IMG/VR virus record: IMGVR_UViG_3300010273_000005 | Span: 1 to 36,630 of that record | Reading direction: 5' to 3' (one strand) | Source of the DNA: a virus | Taxonomy: Duplodnaviria; Caudoviricetes | Length of the DNA stretch: 36,630 nucleotides | In this document: one piece after another, positions 1 through 7,911 of the stretch | Layout of the letters: each line of letters opens with the position of its first letter | Numbering within the stretch: the stretch's first letter is position 1 | Notes under the pieces: generated by a model | Seen by the model: only the letters and a program-made list of their open reading frames with translations | Databases searched by the model: none | Told to the model about the DNA's origin: nothing | Program-made: the position numbers and the translations under genes

Positions 1-1
1 A

Positions 2-451
2 ATAATTAAAGGAAAGGATGCACCAAGCCGTGCCCGTATGCTGTTACGAAGCGGAGACATAATTGCTTCCTCTGTTGAAGGCTCACTGGACAAAGTCGCT
101 TTGGTATCAGAAGAATATGACGGTGCAATTGGTTCAACAGGCTTTTTTGTTTTACGTCCGCGAACTGTTTCAAGTGGTTATTTACTTGCACTTATAAAAA
201 GTATTATTGTTCGTGAGCAAATGCATTGTGAAGCATCGGGAACCATTCTTTCAGCAGTACCCGCTAAATCGTTAAAGAATATAATTGTTCCAAACATACC
301 ACCGGAAAAACAAGATGAAATCTCAGCGTTAGTCCAGCAATCCCATACGGCTAGACGAGAAGCAAAAAACCTGCTTGAAAAAGCCAAACGCGCAGTGGAA
401 ACAGCAATAGAAGAAGGCGAAGAGCGAGCGATGGAGTATTTAAATAGATAG
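2..451 (+). CDS. Restriction-modification specificity (HsdS-like) subunit, C-terminal part; runs in from the left edge
   Basis: Frame is open from base 2 (IIKGKDAPSRARMLLRSGDII). APSRAR, STGFFVLR and IPPEKQDEI plus a C-terminal helix are typical of HsdS/type IIG S-subunit recognition domains. Confidence 0.75.
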   Translation: MIKGKDAPSRARMLLRSGDIIASSVEGSLDKVALVSEEYDGAIGSTGFFVLRPRTVSSGYLLALIKSIIVREQMHCEASGTILSAVPAKSLKNIIVPNIPPEKQDEISALVQQSHTARREAKNLLEKAKRAVETAIEEGEERAMEYLNR

Positions 452-498
452 AGTGTAAACCCCTGTAATAAAGAATAATAGAACCAAAAGGTGAGTTT

Positions 499-540
499 AT
501 GGCTACATATTTTGTTTTTTCGGATGAGACAGGATGTTGA
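499..540 (+). pseudogene. N-terminal stub of a DUF3800-like protein
   Basis: SD AAGGTG, then ATG: MATYFVFSDETGC*. Fits the beta-strand + DE(S/T)G start of DUF3800 but stops after 13 codons. Confidence 0.45.
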
Positions 541-769
541 TGAAAGAGTAAAAGGATATGGAGTATACGAGTATTTCAACGGATTTTTCCAAGAAAGCAC
601 TTTGAAGCCCGGCCAGAAGAGTAGAAAAGACTGGCACTGGGGGTTGTACGGATTTGAGACAGCAACATATGTAGAAGTTGCAATCACACGCGTGCATACT
701 ACCGACGGAACAACATGGGAAGTTCCTGAGCAGGACTTGATTTGGGTCAGCAGTCGGGATTCAGACTAA
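538..769 (+). pseudogene. C-terminal remnant of an exported/lipoprotein-type protein upstream of the integrase
   Basis: DERVKGYGVYEYF...TLKPGQK...WGLYGFETATYVEVAITRVHTTDGTTWEVPE reads like a beta-rich extracellular domain. The listed start at 491 overlaps the DUF3800-like stub and is unconvincing. Confidence 0.4.
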
Positions 770-1051
770 TGCGTCCATAACAAAGTGGAATCGTGGTAAC
801 GCTTGATCGAAGTTTTGATGAGGTACATAGAGGTACATAATGGATAAGGTTTTACGGTACGCTGAAGAACATGAATTTTACTCTCTAAGTAGAAAGAAAG
901 ACATCAAAGTAAAGGGTATACTCGCTTCATTCGGTGAAACCATCTATTTGGTTTTCGCTGGAAACGTTTCACTGGCTTGTATCACCAGTTTTTAGTCTCA
1001 AGCAAAGTAGAATAACAAGTGTCTCTTTAGGGTAACGCAGTACTTAATCCG

Positions 1052-1113
1052 AAAAAGCCCCCTGCATCCGGCCTTCTGCCATTTAGGAAGTGCCACCGCA
1101 GGGGGGCTTTTTT
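1052..1113. terminator. Long bidirectional hairpin/terminator upstream of the integrase
   Basis: AAAAAGCCCCCTGC...GCAGGGGGGCTTTTTT arms, with an A-tract on one side and a T-tract on the other. Confidence 0.7.
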
Positions 1114-1196
1114 CTTCCCAATGTATCACCACCTGCCATCCCGCTGTTGGATTCTGCACGGTATCATAGAGCCGAAAGTTTGGTTTCGAGGTGGAA

Positions 1197-2849
1197 ATGA
1201 TGCTTGTAGCAGCCTATGCAAGGTTTTCGTCCGACAATCAGCGCGAGGAGTCCATCGACGCCCAGCTGCGTGCCATTCAGGACTGGTCGGAGCGCAACGG
1301 CCATACCGTCGTCGCTGTTTACGCGGACGCGGCGAAAAGCGCCACCACGGACAACCGGCCGCAGTTCCGCCAGATGATCGCTGACGCCGCCACCGGGCGC
1401 TTTGAAGCGGTTGTGGTCCACAAGCTCGACCGCTTCTCCCGCGACAGGTACGACAGCGCGTTCTACAAGCGCCAGCTCCGCCGCCACGGGGTGCGCCTTG
1501 TATCCGTGCTGGAAAATCTGGACAGCAGCCCCGAAAGCATCATCCTGGAATCCGTGCTGGAGGGCATGGCCGAGTATTACTCGAAAAACCTTGCGCGCGA
1601 GGTCATGAAAGGCATGAAGGAAAACGCGCTCCAGTGCAAACATACCGGCGGCACGCCCCCTCTGGGGTACGACGTCACCCCCGAAGGCTATTACACCGTC
1701 AACGAGCGGGAAGCCGAAGCCGTCCGGCTGATTTTCACCATGTACGCCGAAGGCCACGGCTACTCCGCCATTCTGGACGCGCTGGCGAAAGGAGGGTACC
1801 GGACGAAGCGCAACTCCCCCTTCGGCAAGAACTCTCTGCACGAGATCCTAAAAAACGAAAAGTACATCGGGAACTACGTGTTCAACCGCACAAAGTCCAA
1901 GAGCGAATCCGGCACACGCAACAACCACGCGAGCAAGGATGAGGACGAGATCATCCGCGTCACCGGCGGCATGCCGCGCATCATCGACGATGAACTCTGG
2001 GCGCGCGTGCAGGAAAGGATGATACTCAACCGGCGAAGGTCCGCCGCGTATAAGGCAAAGACCGTCTATCTGCTTTCCGGCCTTATCCACTGCGGCTGCT
2101 GCGGCGCTGCCATGTTCGGCAACACCATCCGAAAAAGGGACCGCAAAACCTACTCCTATTACGAGTGCTGCACAAAGAAGAATCTCAGAACCTGCAGCAT
2201 GAAGCGCCTCAGCAGAGCCGTGGCGGACATGGCGGTGCTGCTCACCCTTGAGAATGACGTGTTCAGCAAAGATGCGTCGAAGAACGTTGCCATCCATCTG
2301 CGCGAGTACGCCATGGAGCAAAAAAAGAAAGCGCCCTCTGCCATACGCGAGAAAAAGAAGCGTCTTTCGGCAGTGGAGCGCGAACTGAAAAACTATGTGG
2401 ATGCCATCGGCAGCGGGCTTTACACCAGAGAGATTGGCGAAAAGATTCGAATGCTGGACGCGGAGCGGACTGCGCTTCAGGACGATCTTTCGTACTATCA
2501 GGCCGCCGGCGAGGCTGCCAAAATGTCCGTTTCCGATGCGGCGGCGTATCTGAACTCGTTCTCCGGCATCATCAACATGGCACCAAAAAAGCAGCAGACA
2601 GCGTGCCACATGTTTGTGGAGCGGGTCATAGTCTATGAAGACAGACTGGACATTATTGTCACCCCGTGGACGGGAAAGAGCGTCAAACGTTCCCATTTTT
2701 GGGAGAACGCCGACGCTCCTTCCGGTAGTGACAAGCATATGGGTTTGGATACATTGGTGGAGGCGAACCGCACCGGTACATATCCAAACTTTAAGATGGA
2801 TTTTTCGGTGGATCTGGCCTATCACAGGCACAAGCGGATGCCCGAATAG
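1197..2849 (+). CDS. Large serine recombinase (phage integrase)
   Basis: YARFSS catalytic serine, DRFSR motif, recombinase domain (GGTPPLGY...ILKNEKYIG), zinc ribbon CGCCG...C...C and coiled coil. SD GAGGTG precedes ATG 1197/1200. Confidence 0.95.
   Translation: MMLVAAYARFSSDNQREESIDAQLRAIQDWSERNGHTVVAVYADAAKSATTDNRPQFRQMIADAATGRFEAVVVHKLDRFSRDRYDSAFYKRQLRRHGVRLVSVLENLDSSPESIILESVLEGMAEYYSKNLAREVMKGMKENALQCKHTGGTPPLGYDVTPEGYYTVNEREAEAVRLIFTMYAEGHGYSAILDALAKGGYRTKRNSPFGKNSLHEILKNEKYIGNYVFNRTKSKSESGTRNNHASKDEDEIIRVTGGMPRIIDDELWARVQERMILNRRRSAAYKAKTVYLLSGLIHCGCCGAAMFGNTIRKRDRKTYSYYECCTKKNLRTCSMKRLSRAVADMAVLLTLENDVFSKDASKNVAIHLREYAMEQKKKAPSAIREKKKRLSAVERELKNYVDAIGSGLYTREIGEKIRMLDAERTALQDDLSYYQAAGEAAKMSVSDAAAYLNSFSGIINMAPKKQQTACHMFVERVIVYEDRLDIIVTPWTGKSVKRSHFWENADAPSGSDKHMGLDTLVEANRTGTYPNFKMDFSVDLAYHRHKRMPE
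2743..2789. other. Putative attP site inside the integrase 3' end
   Basis: Perfect 9-bp inverted arms GTTTGGATA (2743-2751) and TATCCAAAC (2781-2789) surround TGGTGGAGGCGA (2755-2766), the reverse complement of a tmRNA-type 3' end TCGCCTCCACCA. Confidence 0.7.
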
Positions 2850-2955
2850 CAGGGATTTCACGGCTGTTTTTCGATTACCGCTCCTGTACGAATCCACCAA
2901 TATATGGAGCTAATTCAAGTCGGCTTCATCCGGATGACCCTTTGAAATGCCTCCG

Positions 2956-2996
2956 AAAAAAAGGTTACATGAAAGGACTCATCCAATCATGTAACC
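2956..2996 (-). terminator. Intrinsic terminator, probably ending the late operon
   Basis: GGTTACATGA (2963-2972) / TCATGTAACC (2987-2996) stem with A7 at 2956-2962, giving a U-tract on the minus strand. Confidence 0.7.
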
Positions 2997-3030
2997 CCTT
3001 TTCTCGTTAAGCACCACTATAAGACATCAG

Positions 3031-3067
3031 ACTGCTCTAAAGGCAATTATCCTTTAGGCAGTTTTTT
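3031..3067 (+). terminator. Intrinsic terminator facing the lysis genes
   Basis: ACTGC(T)CTAAAGG / CCTTTAGGCAGT stem followed by a T-run on the plus strand. Confidence 0.55.
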
Positions 3068-3347
3068 AGGCTACTTTCTTGAGTGACTCATACCCGTCAT
3101 ACCCCCCATTCGCCGCCAGCGAGACGACCACGGCGTTGACCACGCACAGCCCGGCGGTAGGCAGATCCAGCGTACCGGCGATCGCGTTCGCGGCCAGTAA
3201 GACCAGCAGCGCGATTACGTAGGAGACCAGCCGCGTCGGAATGGGCTTTAGGAAGCTCCATTCCTTGATGAACTGGGTGATCAGCGACGTGGCCAGCACA
3301 CAGCCGGCATAGGTTCCGAGAGTTGCCCAGGTGAAGAACTCGTTCAA
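3066..3347 (-). CDS. Holin
   Basis: 93 aa with three hydrophobic segments; last gene of the lysis cassette; ends SLAANGGYD as in Clostridia phage holins. Confidence 0.75.
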   Translation of the reverse strand: MNEFFTWATLGTYAGCVLATSLITQFIKEWSFLKPIPTRLVSYVIALLVLLAANAIAGTLDLPTAGLCVVNAVVVSLAANGGYDGYESLKKVA

Positions 3348-3550
3348 GATGCCTTTCCCTCCTTCATGTAGTTTTTAACGTCCCTTTCCAGCAGAGCCAC
3401 GCGCTCCACGACCGAGTTGTGTTTTTCGACCTTCTTTTCCAGCTGCTCCAGGCGGTAGACGACCAGCTTGTTGTTGGTCATAATGCCAATGATCGAACCA
3501 ATTGCCGTGCCCGCCAGGGATAGCAGCGCAACCAGTACAGTGTCGGACAT
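3344..3550 (-). CDS. Small holin-like/XhlA-like membrane protein
   Basis: N-terminal TM helix then YRLEQLEKKVEKHNSVVER coiled coil; lies between endolysin and holin. Confidence 0.7.
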   Translation of the reverse strand: MSDTVLVALLSLAGTAIGSIIGIMTNNKLVVYRLEQLEKKVEKHNSVVERVALLERDVKNYMKEGKAS

Positions 3551-3551
3551 G

Positions 3552-4268
3552 TTACCAGTCGAACAGGCCCAGCGCCTTGTTCGTCTCCTTCCCGTAGATT
3601 CCGTCGGCCTTCAGGCCGTTTGCCTTCTGGAACAGCATCACCGCCGCTTTGGTTTTGGGGCCGTATACCCCGTCCGGTGTGCCGGCGTTGTAGCCCAGAC
3701 TGTTGAGCTTCCTTTGAATCTCCTCAATGGCCGCAGAGCGCTGGAGCTTCGACGGGACGTACTTGAACACGCAGGGGATGCCGCCAAAGCCAGGCGTGTT
3801 GGTGCCGCTGGTCTGACCGTTCCAGCCCCAGCGGGCGCGGTTGGTACGGGTGTCAATATGGATGTGCGTCACCTTATCCAGTTCGCCGGACTTGGCAAGA
3901 TACAGCCCGATGCCGCCGATTTCCGGCAGCGTTTCCGCGAACTGGGCGAGCTTGTACGCCGGCACACCGGGGATGTAGAAGTCCACCGCCCTGCCATAGC
4001 AGTGCTGGCTGGTTTTACTTCCCGTCCAGTTAAGGGCATCGCGGTATCCGGCAGACGGGTGGGGCCTGTAAAGCGCAGATGTGGCGCCATAGTAGTTTCG
4101 CAGAATCGGGCGCACGCCGAACTTTTTTAAGAACTTTTCCAGAATGTGCGCCAACTGTGTGTCCAGTTTTATGGACTTGTGGCCTTCGAAAGCCCAGAAG
4201 TCCCCGACGGTGAAGTGCTCGGTCAACCGCTCTCCCTTTTGCGCTGCGGTAAATGTTTTTACTGCCAT
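3552..4268 (-). CDS. Endolysin: peptidase M15 domain + peptidoglycan-binding domain
   Basis: SQHCYGRAVD (SxHxxGxAxD) and HIHIDTR zinc motifs; C-terminal DGVYGPKTKAAVMLFQKANGLKADGIYG (PG_binding_1). Confidence 0.9.
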   Translation of the reverse strand: MAVKTFTAAQKGERLTEHFTVGDFWAFEGHKSIKLDTQLAHILEKFLKKFGVRPILRNYYGATSALYRPHPSAGYRDALNWTGSKTSQHCYGRAVDFYIPGVPAYKLAQFAETLPEIGGIGLYLAKSGELDKVTHIHIDTRTNRARWGWNGQTSGTNTPGFGGIPCVFKYVPSKLQRSAAIEEIQRKLNSLGYNAGTPDGVYGPKTKAAVMLFQKANGLKADGIYGKETNKALGLFDW

Positions 4269-4271
4269 GGT

Positions 4272-4673
4272 CTATGCCTCCTCCCATCCATACACGCCCG
4301 GTTCCCAGACGTTCCCGTCCACCAAGCTCTTCCAGCGCCTGTTGTTGTGAGACACCTTGGCTCCTTTTGCGTAGGCGTCATGCGCACCCTCCGGCTGCAC
4401 CCAATCCGGCCATTCGATTGCAGGGTCTGAGATAGCGACCCACAGGCTGGGCGCTGCGTCGGGCGGCCAGTCGGTTTGTGCTGCGTGGGTCTGAAGGCAG
4501 CGGAACAGCTTCCCGCCATAGCGCACGCGGTCTCCGGCAGAGTAGGCTGCATCCGCCCGCCAAGCGGGGAACACCTCTATGGCGGAAAGCGCCGCAGAAT
4601 CATCCGCGGCGCCGATCAGTTTATTAAGCTTCGCCCGGTATGCCCGGGCTTCTTCTTTGGTTCTTACTTTCAT
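4272..4673 (-). CDS. Carbohydrate-binding (CBM5/12-like) phage protein
   Basis: Two Trp-rich modules: AWRADAAYSAGDRVRYGGKLFRC and AYAKGAKVSHNNRRWKS. Confidence 0.75.
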   Translation of the reverse strand: MKVRTKEEARAYRAKLNKLIGAADDSAALSAIEVFPAWRADAAYSAGDRVRYGGKLFRCLQTHAAQTDWPPDAAPSLWVAISDPAIEWPDWVQPEGAHDAYAKGAKVSHNNRRWKSLVDGNVWEPGVYGWEEA

Positions 4674-4900
4674 GTTCCTTCCCCTTCTCCCGTCAGGATG
4701 TCGATGACTTCCTCCAGTTCTTCGTTGCCTTCCGGCTGAGGGGCGATTACTTTCTCCCCGTCCCGCCAGAAGTCCGTTCCGTCGTAGGTGTCCCCGATGG
4801 CCACCGGCAGTTCACCCAGAAGGATGGCGCTGCCGTTGTACCAGTCAGAAACGACGATGATGTTCACAACAACACCGTTTTCAACGATTGCCGCTCTCAT
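4670..4900 (-). CDS. Small tail-fibre-associated protein
   Basis: MRAAIVENGVVVNIIV...IGDTYDGTDF, a type that commonly follows Gly-rich fibre genes; SD GAAGGAGG before ATG 4900. Confidence 0.6.
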   Translation of the reverse strand: MRAAIVENGVVVNIIVVSDWYNGSAILLGELPVAIGDTYDGTDFWRDGEKVIAPQPEGNEELEEVIDILTGEGEGT

Positions 4901-5705
4901 GCGAACCTCCTTCATTGACCATGGCGGAACTGTAGTCGCCCCAGGCGATCATGGCAAAGCCCTGACCGCCAGCACCGGGAGCGCCTGTCGGACTGAAATT
5001 TCCGCCGCCACCGCCACCGTAGCCGCCACCGCCAGAGTTTTTGTAGCCAGCCTGTCCGCTTCCCTCAATGAAATCGGAAGTACCGCCTTGTGGAACAGTA
5101 GTATGTTTAGACGAACCAGAGCCAGCGCCACCGCCTGCATGAACACGCCCTAAAAGGTCGGTCGTGGGCGTTCCCTGACCTTTTCCAGTGCCAGTACCAC
5201 CGTAACGAGTACCATCGCTACCGTTCGTGCCGCCATTACCTCCCGGGAATGACAGCTCAATATTGCTATGTCCATCGCCGCCACCACTACCACCATCACC
5301 GCCTTTACCGCCGGTTCTGCTGGCAGGAGTACCGCCGTTTGCAACACATAACTCCCCGATTGAGGTTTGACCTCCTGCAGCGTTAGCCGCCCCACCAGCA
5401 CCAATCAGGATTTCGATGCTTGCAGGCAAAGAAGCATCCAGCACTGTTTTGGTATACCCTGATCCGCCACCGCCGCAGATGGCATTTCCATAGGCACTAG
5501 TAGGGTTTGCACCGCCGGCACCGCCGCCGACGCAGAACAGGTCAACGGACGGGGGAACTTTGTCGTTCAGCCATGTCAGCGTTCCAGAGGTATAAAACTC
5601 CATGTATCCTGCGCTGCCATCGCCCAGAAATGTAACCTTTGCTTTGCCAGTGAACAGGGGCAGGTAAGGCTTTTTGCCCATTGGTCCGACCATGTTGAAA
5701 ATCAT
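4881..5705 (-). CDS. Glycine-rich tail fibre/receptor-binding protein
   Basis: VDLFCVGGGAGG...GGGGSGY...IGAGG...GAGGQG Gly-rich domain at the end of the tail module. Confidence 0.75.
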   Translation of the reverse strand: MIFNMVGPMGKKPYLPLFTGKAKVTFLGDGSAGYMEFYTSGTLTWLNDKVPPSVDLFCVGGGAGGANPTSAYGNAICGGGGSGYTKTVLDASLPASIEILIGAGGAANAAGGQTSIGELCVANGGTPASRTGGKGGDGGSGGGDGHSNIELSFPGGNGGTNGSDGTRYGGTGTGKGQGTPTTDLLGRVHAGGGAGSGSSKHTTVPQGGTSDFIEGSGQAGYKNSGGGGYGGGGGGNFSPTGAPGAGGQGFAMIAWGDYSSAMVNEGGSHESGNR

Positions 5706-5768
5706 CCTGTGTTCCTCCTGACTGGTTTGTCTGCCGTTACCTTAATCCGGTTCAGGCGGCGAAACGTG

Positions 5769-6755
5769 TCATCCCAGAATCGCCACGTTGACGGTGATTG
5801 GAGATTCGGGCAGCTCCTCCGCCTCAAAGGTCAGTTCGTCTGTATACTGACCGATACATCTTGCGCCGCAGGCGGCATACGCCGCGTAATCCTCCGGCGC
5901 AGGGGAAACCAGCACCGTCTGGGGATGGGGCAGAACGCCCAAAGCCGGCAGCGTAATGGTATACGGTCCGCCGCCCGACCAGCCGGAAGCAGGCAGCGTG
6001 ACGGCAAGGGTGACGGTCTTCGCCGCAGCCCCGAGAGCATCCCTTGCGCCTGCCGCAGTCGTCGCGCCTGTACCGCCTTTGGCGACGGGCAGAATGCCCG
6101 GAACATCCTCAATAGTTTCGAACCCTGCCATGGCGGCTTCCAGAGCCTGCTGGTACTCTGAGGTCCACTTGTTGTAAAGATGCTGGATGAGTCCGGAGAG
6201 GTCCGGTCGCGGGCGGAAGTCCACCACGCCGCAGAGGTCGGCATCGTAACGGGTATCCGTGATGTCTTCCTCTGGAATGACGCTCGCGCTCTGGCGGAGG
6301 ATGACGGTTGCCAAAGAGAGGTCGTAGATTTCGCCATCCCGCACCAGTTCGGGCGGGTCGAGGCTTCCTTCCGTGCCCTTAATGACCACTGGCCTGATGT
6401 ACCGCCCCGTCAGGGTGAAGTCCACGTTCAGCCGCACCACAATGCGGTCGCACCGCACCGTTCCCGAAGGCGGCTCCAGCTGAATCAGATGGCGGACGTC
6501 CGCGTCACCAGCGGCGGGCAGCGCGTCCATGATGTACCCGTTAATGACTGCCTTGCCGGGCTGCATGGCCACGGTGTAGGCGAACTCAGTCGGGACGATT
6601 TTGCAGTTATCGCCCAGATCGTAGATGCCGTTCGTCAGGATGGACTCCATAGCACCGCTGACGAACTCGTCCGCGGGGTAAATGCGCTCGTCCCCCGGGT
6701 CGGTGCCGTTGGGCTCGATACTGTCAAAGAAGTATTGCTTGATGTTGAGCGCCAT
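5769..6755 (-). CDS. Baseplate/tail fibre protein
   Basis: RCDRIVVRLN...PPELVRD...ITDTRYDADLCG baseplate-type domain plus GILPVAKGGTGATTAAGAR fibre motif. Confidence 0.75.
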   Translation of the reverse strand: MALNIKQYFFDSIEPNGTDPGDERIYPADEFVSGAMESILTNGIYDLGDNCKIVPTEFAYTVAMQPGKAVINGYIMDALPAAGDADVRHLIQLEPPSGTVRCDRIVVRLNVDFTLTGRYIRPVVIKGTEGSLDPPELVRDGEIYDLSLATVILRQSASVIPEEDITDTRYDADLCGVVDFRPRPDLSGLIQHLYNKWTSEYQQALEAAMAGFETIEDVPGILPVAKGGTGATTAAGARDALGAAAKTVTLAVTLPASGWSGGGPYTITLPALGVLPHPQTVLVSPAPEDYAAYAACGARCIGQYTDELTFEAEELPESPITVNVAILG

Positions 6756-7909
6756 CAGATCCTCCTTATCCTTCTGTCAATGGTTCGAGACAGGGTGGGC
6801 CACGCGGAGCCGAAGGTCACGTCCAGACGGGGGTTCTGCCCGTCCCGCTCGTAAACCTCGGTGATTGCCGTGATGGGCGCGTGCATGGTCACCGTCTCGC
6901 CCAGGGCGGGCAGGGTCAGCTTGACTGTCACGATATCCCCCAAATCCCAATCCCTGCGGTATGCGAAAGGCCCGTGACGGTTAATGGTCGCCGTCAGGGC
7001 CTGCACTTTTCTTACGTTGGTTTTCAGGTAATGGTAGGCTTCGAAGTCGATTTCGTCCGGCAGGGAGAGGCTACCCACCGAGATGGTGGTTTCGCTCCGG
7101 TCCCAACCCGTCTGGATGTCCTCCAGTTTGCTCCCCTCGTCGTCGGCGTAGAGGAGCCGCACCACCTGATTCTCGTCCTCGCCTGCGCCCAGGGCGTAGA
7201 TGCTGTTTGAGCAGGCGGCATAGTCCTCTTCATACTGGATGTTGGTGACGTTGCGGAAGCCTGCGGAGAAGGTCACTCTCGTGATTCCCCCGTCCCTGCC
7301 CGTCAAATCTCTGCCGGAAAGGGTGCGGAAGATGAACCGCTTGTTCACAGCGTCGAGGTCCACGTTGTACCCGATGCCGCACCACTCGCAGATGTCTTCG
7401 AGCTCGTCTGTCAGCACGCTCCAGCGCGCCTGCCAGGGCGTGTCCGTGCCGAGCATGGGGTAGTGTGCATCCTCAAGGATAAGCCTAGGAATGATGCGGT
7501 TCTCATCTGATGGAGAGATGGCGTGCCTTGTAACGTAGTGCCTTAGCACCGCTTCCCCGGGGGAGGTGGCAATGCGGTCGTACCCGTAGGCTGTAGGGTC
7601 CTCGTCTACCGTGGGCGGTACGATCACCCGCTTTTTCAGAATGCGCTTGAGCTGTGCGCCGGTCACCTTCAGTTCCGAACGCCCCCGCTCGGTGGAGATG
7701 CTCCTACCCGTCAGGATGCCCGCCATCTCCGGCCTGCCGTCAATGCGGACGATGCGCCCGGGCTGCAGCAAACCAGCGTTTTCCCGTTGGGCGGACATGA
7801 CGATCTGCAAGTCCCCCAGCCCGCACAACGAGCGCTTGAAGATGACGCTTTCCGCGTCCGGGATGATGCCCAGAGGCTCACAATCCCTGTTGAACACCCA
7901 AAGGTTCAT
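6755..7909 (-). CDS. Siphovirus minor tail protein (ReqiPepy6 Gp37-like/Tal position)
   Basis: Follows Dit; YALGAGEDENQ and YRRDWDLGDIVTV motifs. Likely start MNLWVF. Confidence 0.8.
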   Translation of the reverse strand: MNLWVFNRDCEPLGIIPDAESVIFKRSLCGLGDLQIVMSAQRENAGLLQPGRIVRIDGRPEMAGILTGRSISTERGRSELKVTGAQLKRILKKRVIVPPTVDEDPTAYGYDRIATSPGEAVLRHYVTRHAISPSDENRIIPRLILEDAHYPMLGTDTPWQARWSVLTDELEDICEWCGIGYNVDLDAVNKRFIFRTLSGRDLTGRDGGITRVTFSAGFRNVTNIQYEEDYAACSNSIYALGAGEDENQVVRLLYADDEGSKLEDIQTGWDRSETTISVGSLSLPDEIDFEAYHYLKTNVRKVQALTATINRHGPFAYRRDWDLGDIVTVKLTLPALGETVTMHAPITAITEVYERDGQNPRLDVTFGSAWPTLSRTIDRRIRRI

Positions 7910-7911
7910 AC

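Noticed and set aside
820-995. GAGGTACATA tandem duplication and a 51-aa ORF from 840
   Set aside because: Only two copies and no recognisable protein features; not enough support to call.
2755-2766. Possible tRNA/tmRNA gene
   Set aside because: Only a 12-nt 3'-end match; no T-arm or gene body, so it is treated as an att core.
1848-2900. 350-aa minus-strand ORF opposite the integrase
   Set aside because: Antisense shadow as a stand-alone gene; only its first codons matter, for the inverted att-like site.
2955-3046. Possible minus-strand sRNA (TATAGT at 3016-3021 ahead of a terminator)
   Set aside because: The -35 candidate is 19 bp away; two opposed terminators between convergent operons explain the region more simply.
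4881-5705. Diversity-generating retroelement target or invertible tail-fibre cassette
   Set aside because: No reverse transcriptase, template repeat, second fibre copy or nearby invertase seen in this window.
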